A stretch of DNA of 64,000 nucleotides from Candidatus Peregrinibacteria bacterium (GTDB taxonomy: Bacteria > Patescibacteriota > Gracilibacteria > UBA1369): contig OY970195.1 in the NCBI GenBank assembly GCA_963708185.1, positions 1,344,001 to 1,408,000 on the forward strand, written 5' to 3'. Positions 49,848 through 59,825 of the stretch are shown piece after piece. Positions within the stretch are counted from its first letter, which is position 1; each line of letters starts with the position of its first letter. The translations under genes and the position numbers were made by a program. Below the pieces are notes generated by a model. The model was not told the DNA's origin. It was given only the letters and a program-made list of their open reading frames with translations, and searched no databases.

Positions 49848-50405
49848 ATGAAAATCTTACGGACGACACTTTGCATTTTGGCGCTTTGCACCTATGCTGG
49901 GTGTACCGCCAATCAACCTTCAGCTTCAACCTTGTCCTACATCGCCAATTCTCAACAAACGGGGGAAATCTTTCAGACACAGCAGGCCGGTGATCCTGCT
50001 TCAGCAGCCGGCCGGCCCCAGCAGCTTCCAACACAGCAGCTGACGGTCAGTACGCCGGACGGCGACGTTGCCTTCAGCGTGCAGGTGGCCAGGGACGAAC
50101 AGACCAGGGCCGAGGGCCTGATGTACCGTCAGGACATGCCCATGAACGAAGGCATGATTTTCCTTTTCGATAAAGAGCAGCCGTTAACCTTCTGGATGAA
50201 GAACACGCTCATTCCGCTTGATATGATTTACATGGACAAGGACTGGAAAGTGGTTTCGATCCAGAAACAGGCCCAGCCATGCACGGCAGACCCCTGTGTT
50301 CTGTATCCTTCCATGCAAGATGCCCAATATGTGCTTGAAATTAACGGCGGTTTGAGTGATAAACTAGGAATACGACAGGGATCGATGATACAGTTCCAAC
50401 CTTAA
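49848..50405 (+). CDS. DUF192-domain lipoprotein
   Basis: GLMYR, FWMKNTLIPLDMI, YVLEINGG; YAGC lipobox. Confidence 0.9.
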   Translation: MKILRTTLCILALCTYAGCTANQPSASTLSYIANSQQTGEIFQTQQAGDPASAAGRPQQLPTQQLTVSTPDGDVAFSVQVARDEQTRAEGLMYRQDMPMNEGMIFLFDKEQPLTFWMKNTLIPLDMIYMDKDWKVVSIQKQAQPCTADPCVLYPSMQDAQYVLEINGGLSDKLGIRQGSMIQFQP

Positions 50406-50426
50406 TGCGCCCAATGCGCGAAGAGT

Positions 50427-51389
50427 ATGACCTTAGGACTTTTTAACAAACCGGTCTATGACGAAGTGGCTTCAACGGCCAAGGCTTTTGGCGACGCCAT
50501 GCTCAGGTTCGGTTCGAAGTACAAAAACGTGGTGGTGCTGGACGCCAATGCAGGCCGCTTTTTGAACCTGGGGGGTTTTGCCAGAGCGTTTCCTGACCGG
50601 TATTTCAATTTCGGCAACGCCGAATCCAATATGATCGGCGCGGCCGCCGGATTTACCGTGCGCGGCAAGGTTCCTTTTCTCTGTTCATTTTCGATGTTCA
50701 TTACCGGCCGCGCCTGGGAGCAGATCCGCAATGCCGTGGCCTACCCGCATTTGAACGTGAAGGTCGTGGGGGCGTTCAGCGGGATACTGTGCGGAGAAGA
50801 CGGAGCAACGTACCAATCGCTTGAAGATATCGCCATCATGCGCGCCATTCCCAACATGAAGGTCGCGGCGCCGGCGGACGGCGTGGAAACCAAACAGGTT
50901 GTGGAAGCGAGCATGAACGACTACGGTCCTACCTACATCCGGCTCACGAACAAACCGACCATGAACCTGTATGACGAAACGCACGCTTTCCAGTTCGGGA
51001 AGAGTTCCATCTACAAGGCCGGCACCGATGTCTGCATTTTTTCCTGCGGCGACACTTTTCATTCCAGTCTGAAGGCTGCGGAAATGCTGGAACGCGACGG
51101 TGTTTCCACCATGGTCGTGAACGTTTCCTCTATCAAGCCGATGGATGATAACCTCATCACCGAATGCGCCAAACAGGCTTCACATGTGGTGACGGTTGAA
51201 GACCATCAGATTACCGGAGGACTGGGTTCCGCCGTTTCCGAAGTTCTCAGTTCAAACTATCCCGTGAAAGTTACCCGGCTCGGGACGGACGGTTTCGGCG
51301 AATCGGGAAAATCCGCCGATCTGTACAGAAAATACCGGCTGGATCCACAGGGGATTTATGAGCAGGTCAAAGGTTTGCTTCAGCGCTAG
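50427..51389 (+). CDS. Transketolase, C-terminal subunit (divergent)
   Basis: FPDRYFN.G.AE.NM, RAWEQIR, GEDGAT, EDH...GGLG. Confidence 0.88.
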   Translation: MTLGLFNKPVYDEVASTAKAFGDAMLRFGSKYKNVVVLDANAGRFLNLGGFARAFPDRYFNFGNAESNMIGAAAGFTVRGKVPFLCSFSMFITGRAWEQIRNAVAYPHLNVKVVGAFSGILCGEDGATYQSLEDIAIMRAIPNMKVAAPADGVETKQVVEASMNDYGPTYIRLTNKPTMNLYDETHAFQFGKSSIYKAGTDVCIFSCGDTFHSSLKAAEMLERDGVSTMVVNVSSIKPMDDNLITECAKQASHVVTVEDHQITGGLGSAVSEVLSSNYPVKVTRLGTDGFGESGKSADLYRKYRLDPQGIYEQVKGLLQR

Positions 51390-51392
51390 CCA

Positions 51393-51981
51393 TCACTGTT
51401 CGACGGTCCAGGAAAGCTGTTCTTCATCATCGGCGTTTTGTGCTGAAGCGGATTTCTGGTTTTGAAGGTTCGCACGCACTTTCTCACTGATGTCGTTCGT
51501 CATGCCGGTCATGCGGTCATGATTGCCGGGAAGCTCGAACTCGAACCAGAATTTTCTAAAAACACTGCCGTTCGAAGGAGCCCCGAGAACTTTAAAAATA
51601 CCTTTTCGCATGGCTTCCAGGATTCGGCGTTCCTTTTGAGGCTTCAATTCCATGAGTTTTCTGATCGTTTCGATGCTTTTTGGCGAAGGTTCGATTTCGT
51701 CGGCAAAATTTTTTTTTTTCTTCGTTGGGATCGAGTACTTTCATCACGTCCATTTCTCCCTTTATCAAGCGGCTGCCTTCGTCGCCGGCTGTCGTGATTT
51801 TGAGGTGGACCTCTTTCGTTGTCATGAAGAAGTCGTGGCCGTTCTGAGAATTCATGATTTTTTCGACCGGATCACCGAGTTTTTCAAACAATGACGCCAA
51901 AGCTTTTTGGAGGGCTTTTACTCCATGCCGTTCACTGTATTCAATTCTTTCTTCCTGGCGGTTATGGCTTTCGGGAATCAT
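51393..51981 (-). pseudogene. Hypothetical gene split by a frameshift in an A11 tract
   Basis: ORFs 51592-51981 and 51393-51653 join in frame if T11 at 51709-51719 is T10. Confidence 0.55.
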
Positions 51982-54518
51982 TTTTTCATTTTTTTATGCT
52001 TGTGTTTCGATGCAGGTTTTTTGGAACCTTTCGCCGGTTTTTTCATGTGAGGTTCGCACACCATGCCTTCGGGAATTTCCATGGGTTCGAACGGTCTTGT
52101 CCAGTGCCAGTTTTCGATTTCCGGCATGTCTTTGCCGTATTGAACGATGTATTTGGCGTGCTTGTCGAGCTCCTGCATGAAGTAGGCGGTAAGTTCGTCG
52201 GCCTTTTTTTTGAATTTTGGATTCTGTTTTGCGGCTTTTTCCAGGACGTCCATGCAGAGATGGTAGCGGTCGGTTTTGTTGACCACCATCATGTTGAACG
52301 GGGTGGTGGTGGTCCCTTCCTCTTCGTAGCCGTGGACGCTGATGCGGTCCATGGCATCGCGCCCGAAGATGAGTTTGCGGATGGCTTCGGGGTACCCGTG
52401 GAAGTTGTAGATGATGGGTTTGTCTTCGGTGAAGTAGCAGCAAAAATCTTCATGGCTCAGACTTAACGGGTGTTTTTCGTCGCCGACACCGAGTGCTGTA
52501 AGTTCGGAAACGTTGACGAAGCGGAGTTTGAGTTCCGGCATGAGTTTGCGCAAAAGCGAAATGGCGGCCATGGTTTCGTGGACGAGCGCGTCACCGGATG
52601 CGGCGAGCACGACGTCAGGATTCTTGGCACCTTCAGGATCGATCCAGTACCAGATTCCTACTCCGGTCTTGAGTTCTTCGCGGGCTTCGTCCAGGGTGAG
52701 CCATTGCGGCATGTACTGTTTGCCGGCCACGATGACGTTGATGCTGTCCTTGCGCATGAAGCAGTCTTCCAGAATTACAAGCAACTGGTTGGCGTCGGCG
52801 GGGAAGTAAACGCTGCAGAATTTGCCGTGCTTTTCCAGAATGCTGCTGATAAAGCTCGGGTTCTGGTGGGAATAGCCGTTATGTTCCTGTCTCCAGCCTA
52901 CGCTGGTGAGCAGGTAATTAAGCGCCGGTATTGGTTTTCTCCATGGAATGGCCTGGGACTGTTTGATGAATTTGGCGTACTGATCCACCATGCTTGAAAT
53001 GATGGTGGCGAACGCTTCGTACGTGGCAAAGATGCCGTAGCGGCCGGTGAGGGCGTAGCCCTGCATCCAACCCTGGAGGTTGTGTTCACTCAACACTTCC
53101 ATGACGCGGCCTTCAGGTCCGATGTTTTCGTCCCAGTTGTGGAGCGGCCACATGAAGGCGCGTTTGGTGACTTCGAACAGCGCTCCGAACTTGTTGGATT
53201 CGGTTTCGTCCGGGCAGAAGAAGCGAAAATTTTTGTCCTTGGCCGAAGTCTTGAAAATGTCACGCATGTATTCCGCGCTGACTCCGGTGTTCCTCATCTG
53301 GGGTTCGCCGCGTTTGGTGAGGTAAACGCGGTATTTTTTGAGGTCGGGGAGTTTGAGCTTTTTCATCATTTCTCCGCCGAGGGAGTATTTGTTCATGCCC
53401 ATGCGAAGGTCTCCTTTTGGCACAAACTCAAGAATTTCCGGAAGCGGGCAGCCGTGTGCGCTGACGAGCTCGGTGACTTTATAGCTTTCGAGCCATTTTT
53501 TGACGAGCTGAAAATGTTCGGGATTCTCCTTGGGATCGTTGATGGGGATGCCGTGGGAATGGTATGAACCTTCCACGCGGTGGCCGTCGGCACGTTTGAT
53601 GCCGGTCCATCCTTTGAGCGAACGGAGGATGATCATCGGCCAGCGCGGCTTGAGGAGAGGTTTTTTGGAACTGCGCGCTTTTTTCTGGATGGCGCGGATT
53701 CTCTGGTAGCAGTATTCAAGGGGCTGGATGAGTTTGCCGTAGACGTCTTCGTCGTAAGGGTCGCTGATGTCGACGATGAGCGGTTCATAGCCGTACCCGT
53801 TGAAAAGATCGATGAGTTCCTCGTTGCTCATGCTGGCGAAAATGGTCGGTCCGGTGATTTTGTAGCCGTTGGCGTGTAAAATGGGGAGAACGGCGCCGGA
53901 AGTTTTGGGATTGAGGTACTTGTTGGCGTGCCATGCGGTAGCCATCGGTCCGGTTTCGGCTTCGCCGTCACCGACCACACAGGTGACAATGAGGTCCGGA
54001 TTGTCGAGAACGGCTCCGAAGGAGGTCGAAAGGGAATACCCGAGTTCACCGCCTTCCACGATGGCGCCCGGAGTGCCCGGGTTCACGTGGCTTGGGAATC
54101 CGTCAGGCCAGCTGAACATTTTGATGAGCTTGCCGGTGCCTTCTTCGTCGCAGGTGAGTTCGGGGTAGTACTCCACCATCGTTTTTTCCGCGAAAACGTT
54201 CGAGATAACCGCCGGCGCACCGTGCCCCGGGCCCACCACGTACAGCATGGAGGGTTTGTGTTTGTAAATGAGATAGTCGAGGTTCGCGTAAATGAAGTTC
54301 AATCCCGGAACGGTTCCCCAGTGTCCGAGGATGCGGTCCTTGATGTGTTCGGTTTTCAGTTCTTCGCGAAGCAGGAAGTTGTCCTTGAGGTAGAGCTGTG
54401 CGGCACTGAGATAGTCCACGTAGCGGAGGTATTTTTTCATCCAGGCCACGGCGCGTTTATCCTGTGCGCTCAGGCCGGAAGCCTTGAAGACTTTGGTTCG
54501 GGGTGCTTTGTTTGCCAT
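51978..54518 (-). CDS. xfp: Phosphoketolase (XFP family)
   Basis: LGHWGTVPG, GPGHG, EGGELGY, GDGEAETGP, CPDETESN, QEHNGYSHQ. Confidence 0.96.
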   Translation of the reverse strand: MANKAPRTKVFKASGLSAQDKRAVAWMKKYLRYVDYLSAAQLYLKDNFLLREELKTEHIKDRILGHWGTVPGLNFIYANLDYLIYKHKPSMLYVVGPGHGAPAVISNVFAEKTMVEYYPELTCDEEGTGKLIKMFSWPDGFPSHVNPGTPGAIVEGGELGYSLSTSFGAVLDNPDLIVTCVVGDGEAETGPMATAWHANKYLNPKTSGAVLPILHANGYKITGPTIFASMSNEELIDLFNGYGYEPLIVDISDPYDEDVYGKLIQPLEYCYQRIRAIQKKARSSKKPLLKPRWPMIILRSLKGWTGIKRADGHRVEGSYHSHGIPINDPKENPEHFQLVKKWLESYKVTELVSAHGCPLPEILEFVPKGDLRMGMNKYSLGGEMMKKLKLPDLKKYRVYLTKRGEPQMRNTGVSAEYMRDIFKTSAKDKNFRFFCPDETESNKFGALFEVTKRAFMWPLHNWDENIGPEGRVMEVLSEHNLQGWMQGYALTGRYGIFATYEAFATIISSMVDQYAKFIKQSQAIPWRKPIPALNYLLTSVGWRQEHNGYSHQNPSFISSILEKHGKFCSVYFPADANQLLVILEDCFMRKDSINVIVAGKQYMPQWLTLDEAREELKTGVGIWYWIDPEGAKNPDVVLAASGDALVHETMAAISLLRKLMPELKLRFVNVSELTALGVGDEKHPLSLSHEDFCCYFTEDKPIIYNFHGYPEAIRKLIFGRDAMDRISVHGYEEEGTTTTPFNMMVVNKTDRYHLCMDVLEKAAKQNPKFKKKADELTAYFMQELDKHAKYIVQYGKDMPEIENWHWTRPFEPMEIPEGMVCEPHMKKPAKGSKKPASKHKHKKMKK

Positions 54519-54545
54519 AATTTTGGTGTGGTTAAATTTTTTTGT

Positions 54546-55205
54546 TTATTGAAGGAAGTCATCCGCGATTTCGTCGTAGCTTTTGACGATGTGGTCCGCG
54601 CCCGCAGCGAGGAGTTTTTCACGCGGCGTGGTGGTGAGGAGGGCGATGCATTTCATGCCGGCGTTCTTGGCCGCTTCCACGCCGTTGACCGCGTCCTCGA
54701 AGACGATGCATTCCTCCGGCATGAGTTTGAGCTCTTCCGCGGCCTTGAGAAAAATGTCGGGCGCGGGTTTGGAGTTTTTGACGTCTTTGTTGGTGACGAT
54801 ATATTGAAAATATTCCTGGAGCCCGACATGATCAAGCAGGAGTTTTGCGGGTTCAATGTGGTTGCCGGTCGCCATGGCGATGCTCATGCCTTTGTTTTTT
54901 TGTTTTTTGAGGAACTGTTCGACGCCCGGCACGTTTTGGATGGGCGCGTCTTTGATGATCTTCATGTAGAGTTCTCTTTTTTCCGCCGAATACTGCTCTA
55001 CCTGTTGGGGCGTGAGGGTGATGCCGTTTTCCTTGAAGAATTCGGGGAAGGTGCAGTGCGATCCTCGACCCGAATACCGGGCGTCGTCTTGAGGAGTGTA
55101 TGTGAGACCGTGTTTTTTGAAGATTTCAGCAAACGCTTGGGCGTGAAACTGCTGTGTCATTGTTACGGTGCCGTCGAGGTCGAAAATGAGTCCTTTGATA
55201 GCCAT
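54546..55205 (-). CDS. HAD-family phosphatase (beta-PGM/CbbY-like)
   Basis: FDLDGT, KPAPDIF, FEDAVNGVEAA. Confidence 0.9.
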   Translation of the reverse strand: MAIKGLIFDLDGTVTMTQQFHAQAFAEIFKKHGLTYTPQDDARYSGRGSHCTFPEFFKENGITLTPQQVEQYSAEKRELYMKIIKDAPIQNVPGVEQFLKKQKNKGMSIAMATGNHIEPAKLLLDHVGLQEYFQYIVTNKDVKNSKPAPDIFLKAAEELKLMPEECIVFEDAVNGVEAAKNAGMKCIALLTTTPREKLLAAGADHIVKSYDEIADDFLQ

Positions 55206-55311
55206 AATTTGTCTTTATTTTTTGTTATTACATTATACCATAATATTTTATTTACGGCAATTTGTGCTATAGTGTGCGTGTCATTACTTTTTAATTTTTT
55301 TCCGGCACCCT

Positions 55312-55731
55312 ATGGAACGCAATATAGCTCAGGTCGTCCCGACTTTATCCGAAAGACTCACCGAAGAATCTCCTGAGCGAATGACCGTCCAAAGGACATT
55401 GATTGCTTTTCTAGCCGACCAGCTGGCGGAATGTGTTCCTCACCAGGAATACAATACGTATGCCTGTTTTGTCATTGATAAGATCAGCGAGCGCTATCAG
55501 CAGTGGTTTGAAGGATTCGTCAAACGCGCTGACGCGACCGTTCAATCTTTCGTGAAAAAGTATCTTTATAATCCCTCGGCTTTGCTTGCCCAGATGTATC
55601 AGACGGAAGATTGTGAGCAGTTTGTCAGCAAGCTTGTCGCTGAATTTGTTGAATCTTTACGGCCAGATGAGGTTGAAAGAGCTTCCTACCTGACGTATGA
55701 TGAAGTCCGTAAAGTTTTCGAAAACAGTTGA
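55312..55731 (+). CDS. Hypothetical protein
   Basis: 139-aa ORF heading the prs cluster. Confidence 0.55.
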   Translation: MERNIAQVVPTLSERLTEESPERMTVQRTLIAFLADQLAECVPHQEYNTYACFVIDKISERYQQWFEGFVKRADATVQSFVKKYLYNPSALLAQMYQTEDCEQFVSKLVAEFVESLRPDEVERASYLTYDEVRKVFENS

Positions 55732-55741
55732 TAACTTCCGT

Positions 55742-56680
55742 ATGGCACTTCCACTCAAACTTTTTTCAGGCTCCTCACATCCCGAACTGGCGCATGCCAT
55801 TGCGAAGAACCTGCATATGAAGCTTTCGGAGATGGAGTTGAAGCGTTTTGCCTGCAATGAAATTTACGCGAAACCGTTGGAAACTGTCCGCGGCTGTGAC
55901 GTCTACATCGTCCAGACGGCTACGGCAAGCGTCAATGAGGATCTGATGGAGCTTTTCATCATGATCGATTCGCTCAAGCGGTCTTTCGCCGAAAGGATTC
56001 ACGTGATTATTCCGCATTACGGTTACGCGCGTCAGGATCGTGTAGCGACGCCCCGCGAACCGATCAGTGCTAAGCTCGTGGCCAATCTTATTTCAGCCGC
56101 CGGCGCCGGTCACGTCATTACGATCAACCTGCATTCCGACCAGGAGCAGGGTTTTTTCGACTTTCCGGTGGACAACCTCACGGCCAAGAAACTGTTCGTG
56201 GATTACTTCAAACGCAAGAAGCTCAAGGACCTTGTGGTGGTCGCACCGGACGCCGGCGCCGCCAAAGTCGCCAAGCGTTTTTCCGATACCATTGGTGCCG
56301 AACTCGCCATCATCCATAAAGTCAGACCGGAACACAACGTTGCCGAAGTACTGCATGTCGTGGGTGACGTTGCCGATAAAACCTGTCTTATTTTCGACGA
56401 TCTTATCGATACAGCGGGAACCGTGATTGCAGGCAAAGAGGCGCTTTTGAAAAAAGGCGCTCGCGATGAAGTTTATCTCGTGGCAACCCATGCGGTGTTT
56501 TCACATCCGGCCGTAGAACGGCTTCGGGCAGCCAAGTTCAAGGAGGTCGTCGTGACTGATACGATTCCTCTTCCCAGAGACAAGATGTTCCCGGGGCTGA
56601 ATATTCTTTCCGTTGCGCCACTTCTCGCAAAAACGATTCGCAACGTTCACGAATCCAAATCCGTTTCATCTGTTTTTTAA
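55742..56680 (+). CDS. prs: Ribose-phosphate pyrophosphokinase
   Basis: YGYARQDR, VVAPDAG, DDLIDTAGT. Confidence 0.96.
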   Translation: MALPLKLFSGSSHPELAHAIAKNLHMKLSEMELKRFACNEIYAKPLETVRGCDVYIVQTATASVNEDLMELFIMIDSLKRSFAERIHVIIPHYGYARQDRVATPREPISAKLVANLISAAGAGHVITINLHSDQEQGFFDFPVDNLTAKKLFVDYFKRKKLKDLVVVAPDAGAAKVAKRFSDTIGAELAIIHKVRPEHNVAEVLHVVGDVADKTCLIFDDLIDTAGTVIAGKEALLKKGARDEVYLVATHAVFSHPAVERLRAAKFKEVVVTDTIPLPRDKMFPGLNILSVAPLLAKTIRNVHESKSVSSVF

Positions 56681-56690
56681 TTTTTTCGTT

Positions 56691-56927
56691 ATGGACAACA
56701 ATACTCAACAGACCGTTTATTTTGGCAGTGACGACGATAGTCATGAGATCAAAAAACTTTTCAAGGAGTTCCTTGAAGAAAAGGGGATCAAGTTCGTGGA
56801 TCTCGGCAAGTTCAAAGATGACGATACGGATTTTGCCATCATCAAGAGGGAACTCGGCGAAAAGGTCCGCGAGGAAACCAATCCACTTGGTGTTTTGATG
56901 TTCGGTAAGAAGAATAATATTTTATGA
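56691..56927 (+). CDS. Truncated RpiB/LacAB-like protein
   Basis: VYFGSD....K......L...G..FVDLG...GVLMFG matches the RpiB N-terminal half; stops at 78 aa. Confidence 0.6.
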   Translation: MDNNTQQTVYFGSDDDSHEIKKLFKEFLEEKGIKFVDLGKFKDDDTDFAIIKRELGEKVREETNPLGVLMFGKKNNIL

Positions 56928-57607
56928 ACCTTAAAGAACAGGCAGCGGCGGAGGCTTTAAAGTACGTGAAAAGCGGTATGATTTTGGGGGTCGGCACGGG
57001 TTCGACGACCAGGTTTTTTACCCAAATGCTCGGCAAGGCTTTACAACAAGGCGAACTCAAAGACATCGTGGCCGTGCCGACTTCTGAAGACACCGCGGCA
57101 CTGGTGCGTGAACTTGGTATTCCTTTGACGACGCTGGATGAGCATGACGCGCTTGACCTCGTGGTGGACGGCGCGGACGAAGTTGATCCCAGGCTGAATC
57201 TGATCAAGGGTCTGGGGAGAGCTTTGCTCCGTGAAAAAATTGTGGAGGTCCACGCCAAGCAGTTTGTCGTTATCGTGGATGAGTCCAAACTTGTCGATCG
57301 TCTGGGGCAACATGTGGCCTTGCCGGTGGAAATCGTAAAATTCGCGGCGGGTGCCAACGTACGCTGGCTGAATTCCCTGGGCTGTGAAGCCAAACTGTTG
57401 CTGGAAGAAGACGGCAAACCCGCGGTGAGCGATAACGGCAACTATTTTGCGCATTGTACGTTCAAGGACGGCATTGAGGACGCCAACATTCTGGCTTCGG
57501 AACTGGCACAGTGGCCGGGGATCGTTGAACACGGCCTCTTTTTGGATATGGCCAATGTGGTGATTGTGGGAACGGAAAAAGGTCCAAAGGTGATGATGAA
57601 AAAATAA
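56924..57607 (+). CDS. rpiA: Ribose-5-phosphate isomerase A
   Basis: GVGTGST, DGADEVD, IKGLGRALLREK, PVE. Confidence 0.96.
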   Translation: MNLKEQAAAEALKYVKSGMILGVGTGSTTRFFTQMLGKALQQGELKDIVAVPTSEDTAALVRELGIPLTTLDEHDALDLVVDGADEVDPRLNLIKGLGRALLREKIVEVHAKQFVVIVDESKLVDRLGQHVALPVEIVKFAAGANVRWLNSLGCEAKLLLEEDGKPAVSDNGNYFAHCTFKDGIEDANILASELAQWPGIVEHGLFLDMANVVIVGTEKGPKVMMKK

Positions 57608-57696
57608 ATTCCGGAGTGATTTCAGGAAATCGTTGCTTGGCGGCTGGGCGAAAGGCCGTTTTTTTGTTATAATAGTGAGAAAATAAAAAATACATT

Positions 57697-58209
57697 ATGG
57701 ACGAAAAATTTCATCTGCCGGCGGGATTGGACAAGCAAAAATCACTGCCAAAAGGGAGCGGCCGTTATCACCACAACGATCTGAAAGCGGAAAGGGTGGA
57801 GAACGCGGAAGCCGTCTATGGCATCCTCGAAGGGAAAGCCCGGCTGCAGAAAGAGGGAAAGGATTACGATTTTCAGGGCTGCTTGACGAATTTGTTGAGG
57901 ATCGGCGCGCGCGGAGATGAAGCGGGTTTTGCCAAAAAGTACGCCCAGTATACAAAAAAATACCGTGATTTTCCCCAACGTCTCGCCAAGCGCCTCATTA
58001 ACCAAAAAATGCGCTTTTCACTTGATAAAAACGGTCTTCCGGGAAACGAGCATGGGAAGACGCTCTGGACGGTCGTTTCCTGTGAAGACATAGAAAAAGG
58101 GTACGTTGATCCGGTTATTGATATCCGGGAAGACGGTACGGGAAGAGAATACAGCCTTTTTCTGTTTCGGGTTCTGGGAAGTTTGGTCCACCCAAAACAA
58201 GGTTTTTAG
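57697..58209 (+). CDS. Hypothetical protein
   Basis: 170-aa co-oriented ORF. Confidence 0.5.
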   Translation: MDEKFHLPAGLDKQKSLPKGSGRYHHNDLKAERVENAEAVYGILEGKARLQKEGKDYDFQGCLTNLLRIGARGDEAGFAKKYAQYTKKYRDFPQRLAKRLINQKMRFSLDKNGLPGNEHGKTLWTVVSCEDIEKGYVDPVIDIREDGTGREYSLFLFRVLGSLVHPKQGF

Positions 58210-58240
58210 GGTATAATAGAGGCAACGATCACTTACCATC

Positions 58241-58867
58241 ATGAATATAAAAATCGCTCCATCCATTCTGTCTGCGGACTTCGGCAAGCTCAATGAAGAG
58301 ATTGCTTCGGTTGAACCGTACGTGGATTTGCTCCACGTGGACGTCATGGACGGGCATTTTGTTCCGAACATCACCATTGGCGCTCCGGTGGTGCGCTGCA
58401 TCAAGAGCAAACTGCCGCTGGATCTGCATTTGATGATCCAACATCCGGAAAGATTCCTGGAAGATTTTGTGAAAGCGGGAGCCGCCAGTATCACCGTGCA
58501 TCAGGAAGCCTGTGTTCATTTGCACCGGGTGGTTCAGCAGATCAAATCTTTAGGCGTCAAAGCCGCGGTGTCGATCAATCCCGCCACGCCGCTGGAAATG
58601 ATCGAGGAGGTGTTGGACGACGTGGATATGGTGCTGATCATGAGCGTGAATCCCGGTTTCGGGGGGCAGAAATTCATTGAGCACGTGCTCGGGAAAATTC
58701 GTGAACTGCGCAAGTTGAAGCCGGATCTGGACATTGAGGTTGACGGCGGCATCAACGCTGAAACCGCCAGGCAGTGCGTGGAAGGCGGCGCGAATATTTT
58801 GGTTGCGGGTTCGTATATTTTTGGCGCCGAGGATCGAAAAAAGGCGATCGAAAGTCTGCGGCCGTAG
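58241..58867 (+). CDS. rpe: Ribulose-phosphate 3-epimerase
   Basis: APSILSADF, HVDVMDGHFVPN, VNPGFGGQ, VDGG. Confidence 0.97.
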   Translation: MNIKIAPSILSADFGKLNEEIASVEPYVDLLHVDVMDGHFVPNITIGAPVVRCIKSKLPLDLHLMIQHPERFLEDFVKAGAASITVHQEACVHLHRVVQQIKSLGVKAAVSINPATPLEMIEEVLDDVDMVLIMSVNPGFGGQKFIEHVLGKIRELRKLKPDLDIEVDGGINAETARQCVEGGANILVAGSYIFGAEDRKKAIESLRP

Positions 58868-58891
58868 TTATTTGAGATTTCTTGGGAAAGA

Positions 58892-58919
58892 TCCGGCCCG
58901 CGTACACACGCGGGCCGGA
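58892..58919. terminator. GC-rich hairpin between convergent genes
   Basis: TCCGGCCCGCGT-ACAC-ACGCGGGCCGGA, 12-bp perfect stem, no clear U-tract. Confidence 0.5.
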
Positions 58920-58928
58920 CCAATGCCC

Positions 58929-59660
58929 TTATTCTTTGTAGTGTTGAAATGCCCCCGTCAGGGAGTCGACGATTTTCTCCGTTTTTTTGCCGAGCTTGAG
59001 CCGGGCGATAACGCTCAGGATTGCCATGACCATGGCGATGCCGAGCAGGGTGTTCGGGACCATGGTGCCGTAGTTCATCCAGTGCTGGTCCAGAGGCAGG
59101 CAGGTGAGAAGGCAGAAGAGTTGGATCAACGCCTTCAGCTTGCTGAATCCGGACGCGGAATTGGTGCGGACGCTGTTTTCGAAAAGACTGAACGGACGAC
59201 GGATGAGCGTGCCGCTGACTTCAGCGGCGATCATGACGGCGACGAAGTGTCCGATGAAGATGCCTTTCCACCAGAAGAAGACGATCGGGGGCAGAAACGT
59301 CAGCTTGTCGATCAAAGGATCGAGCCATTGCCCCGTTTCGGTCTTTCCCGGGTGTTGGGGGTCATTGAGGTTCGCGAGAGCGTTTGCGACCTTCCCGTCC
59401 ATGCGGTCCAGGACGCAGGCAAAGACGACAATACAGTACCCGATGAAGACGTTCATGCGAAAGTAGATCAGGTATCCGATCATCGTCGCGGGCAGGCGCC
59501 AGAAGGTGATCCAGTTCGGGGACAACCCGGGCAGCTTGCCGGTTTTCTGCAGTACTTTTTCGGGCATTCCCAGCAGCATCAGACCGATGATCAACCCCAC
59601 AGCGAGGTAGAACAGCGGCTTGAACTCAACGGGGAGATCAAACGGTTCGGAAGAACCCAT
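58929..59660 (-). CDS. CDP-alcohol phosphatidyltransferase (PgsA-like)
   Basis: PNWIT..R, DRMDGKVA...GQWLDPLIDK; SD GGAGGT before ATG 59660. Confidence 0.88.
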   Translation of the reverse strand: MGSSEPFDLPVEFKPLFYLAVGLIIGLMLLGMPEKVLQKTGKLPGLSPNWITFWRLPATMIGYLIYFRMNVFIGYCIVVFACVLDRMDGKVANALANLNDPQHPGKTETGQWLDPLIDKLTFLPPIVFFWWKGIFIGHFVAVMIAAEVSGTLIRRPFSLFENSVRTNSASGFSKLKALIQLFCLLTCLPLDQHWMNYGTMVPNTLLGIAMVMAILSVIARLKLGKKTEKIVDSLTGAFQHYKE

Positions 59661-59825
59661 GGGTTTACCTCCTTCCATAGGGCTTACGTCGGTTGACGGT
59701 GTTTTTTCAAAGAAACAAAGACAAGGGGAAGTCTCCGGGCAACACACTCAAGCAGAAGCAAAAGTCGTTGAACGGAAGGCTCAACTTTATGACTCTTCAG
59801 CGGAAAAATCAAGCGCGTTTTTGCC

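Noticed and set aside
52470-55376. Long plus-strand ORFs (e.g. 53928-55376, 482 aa)
   Set aside because: Antisense shadows of xfp and the HAD gene; the same applies to 16187-17242, 38099-39088, 45336-46526, 41744-42685 and 58734-59696
57640-57665. Terminator after rpiA
   Set aside because: A U-tract is present but the stem is short and imperfect; insufficient support
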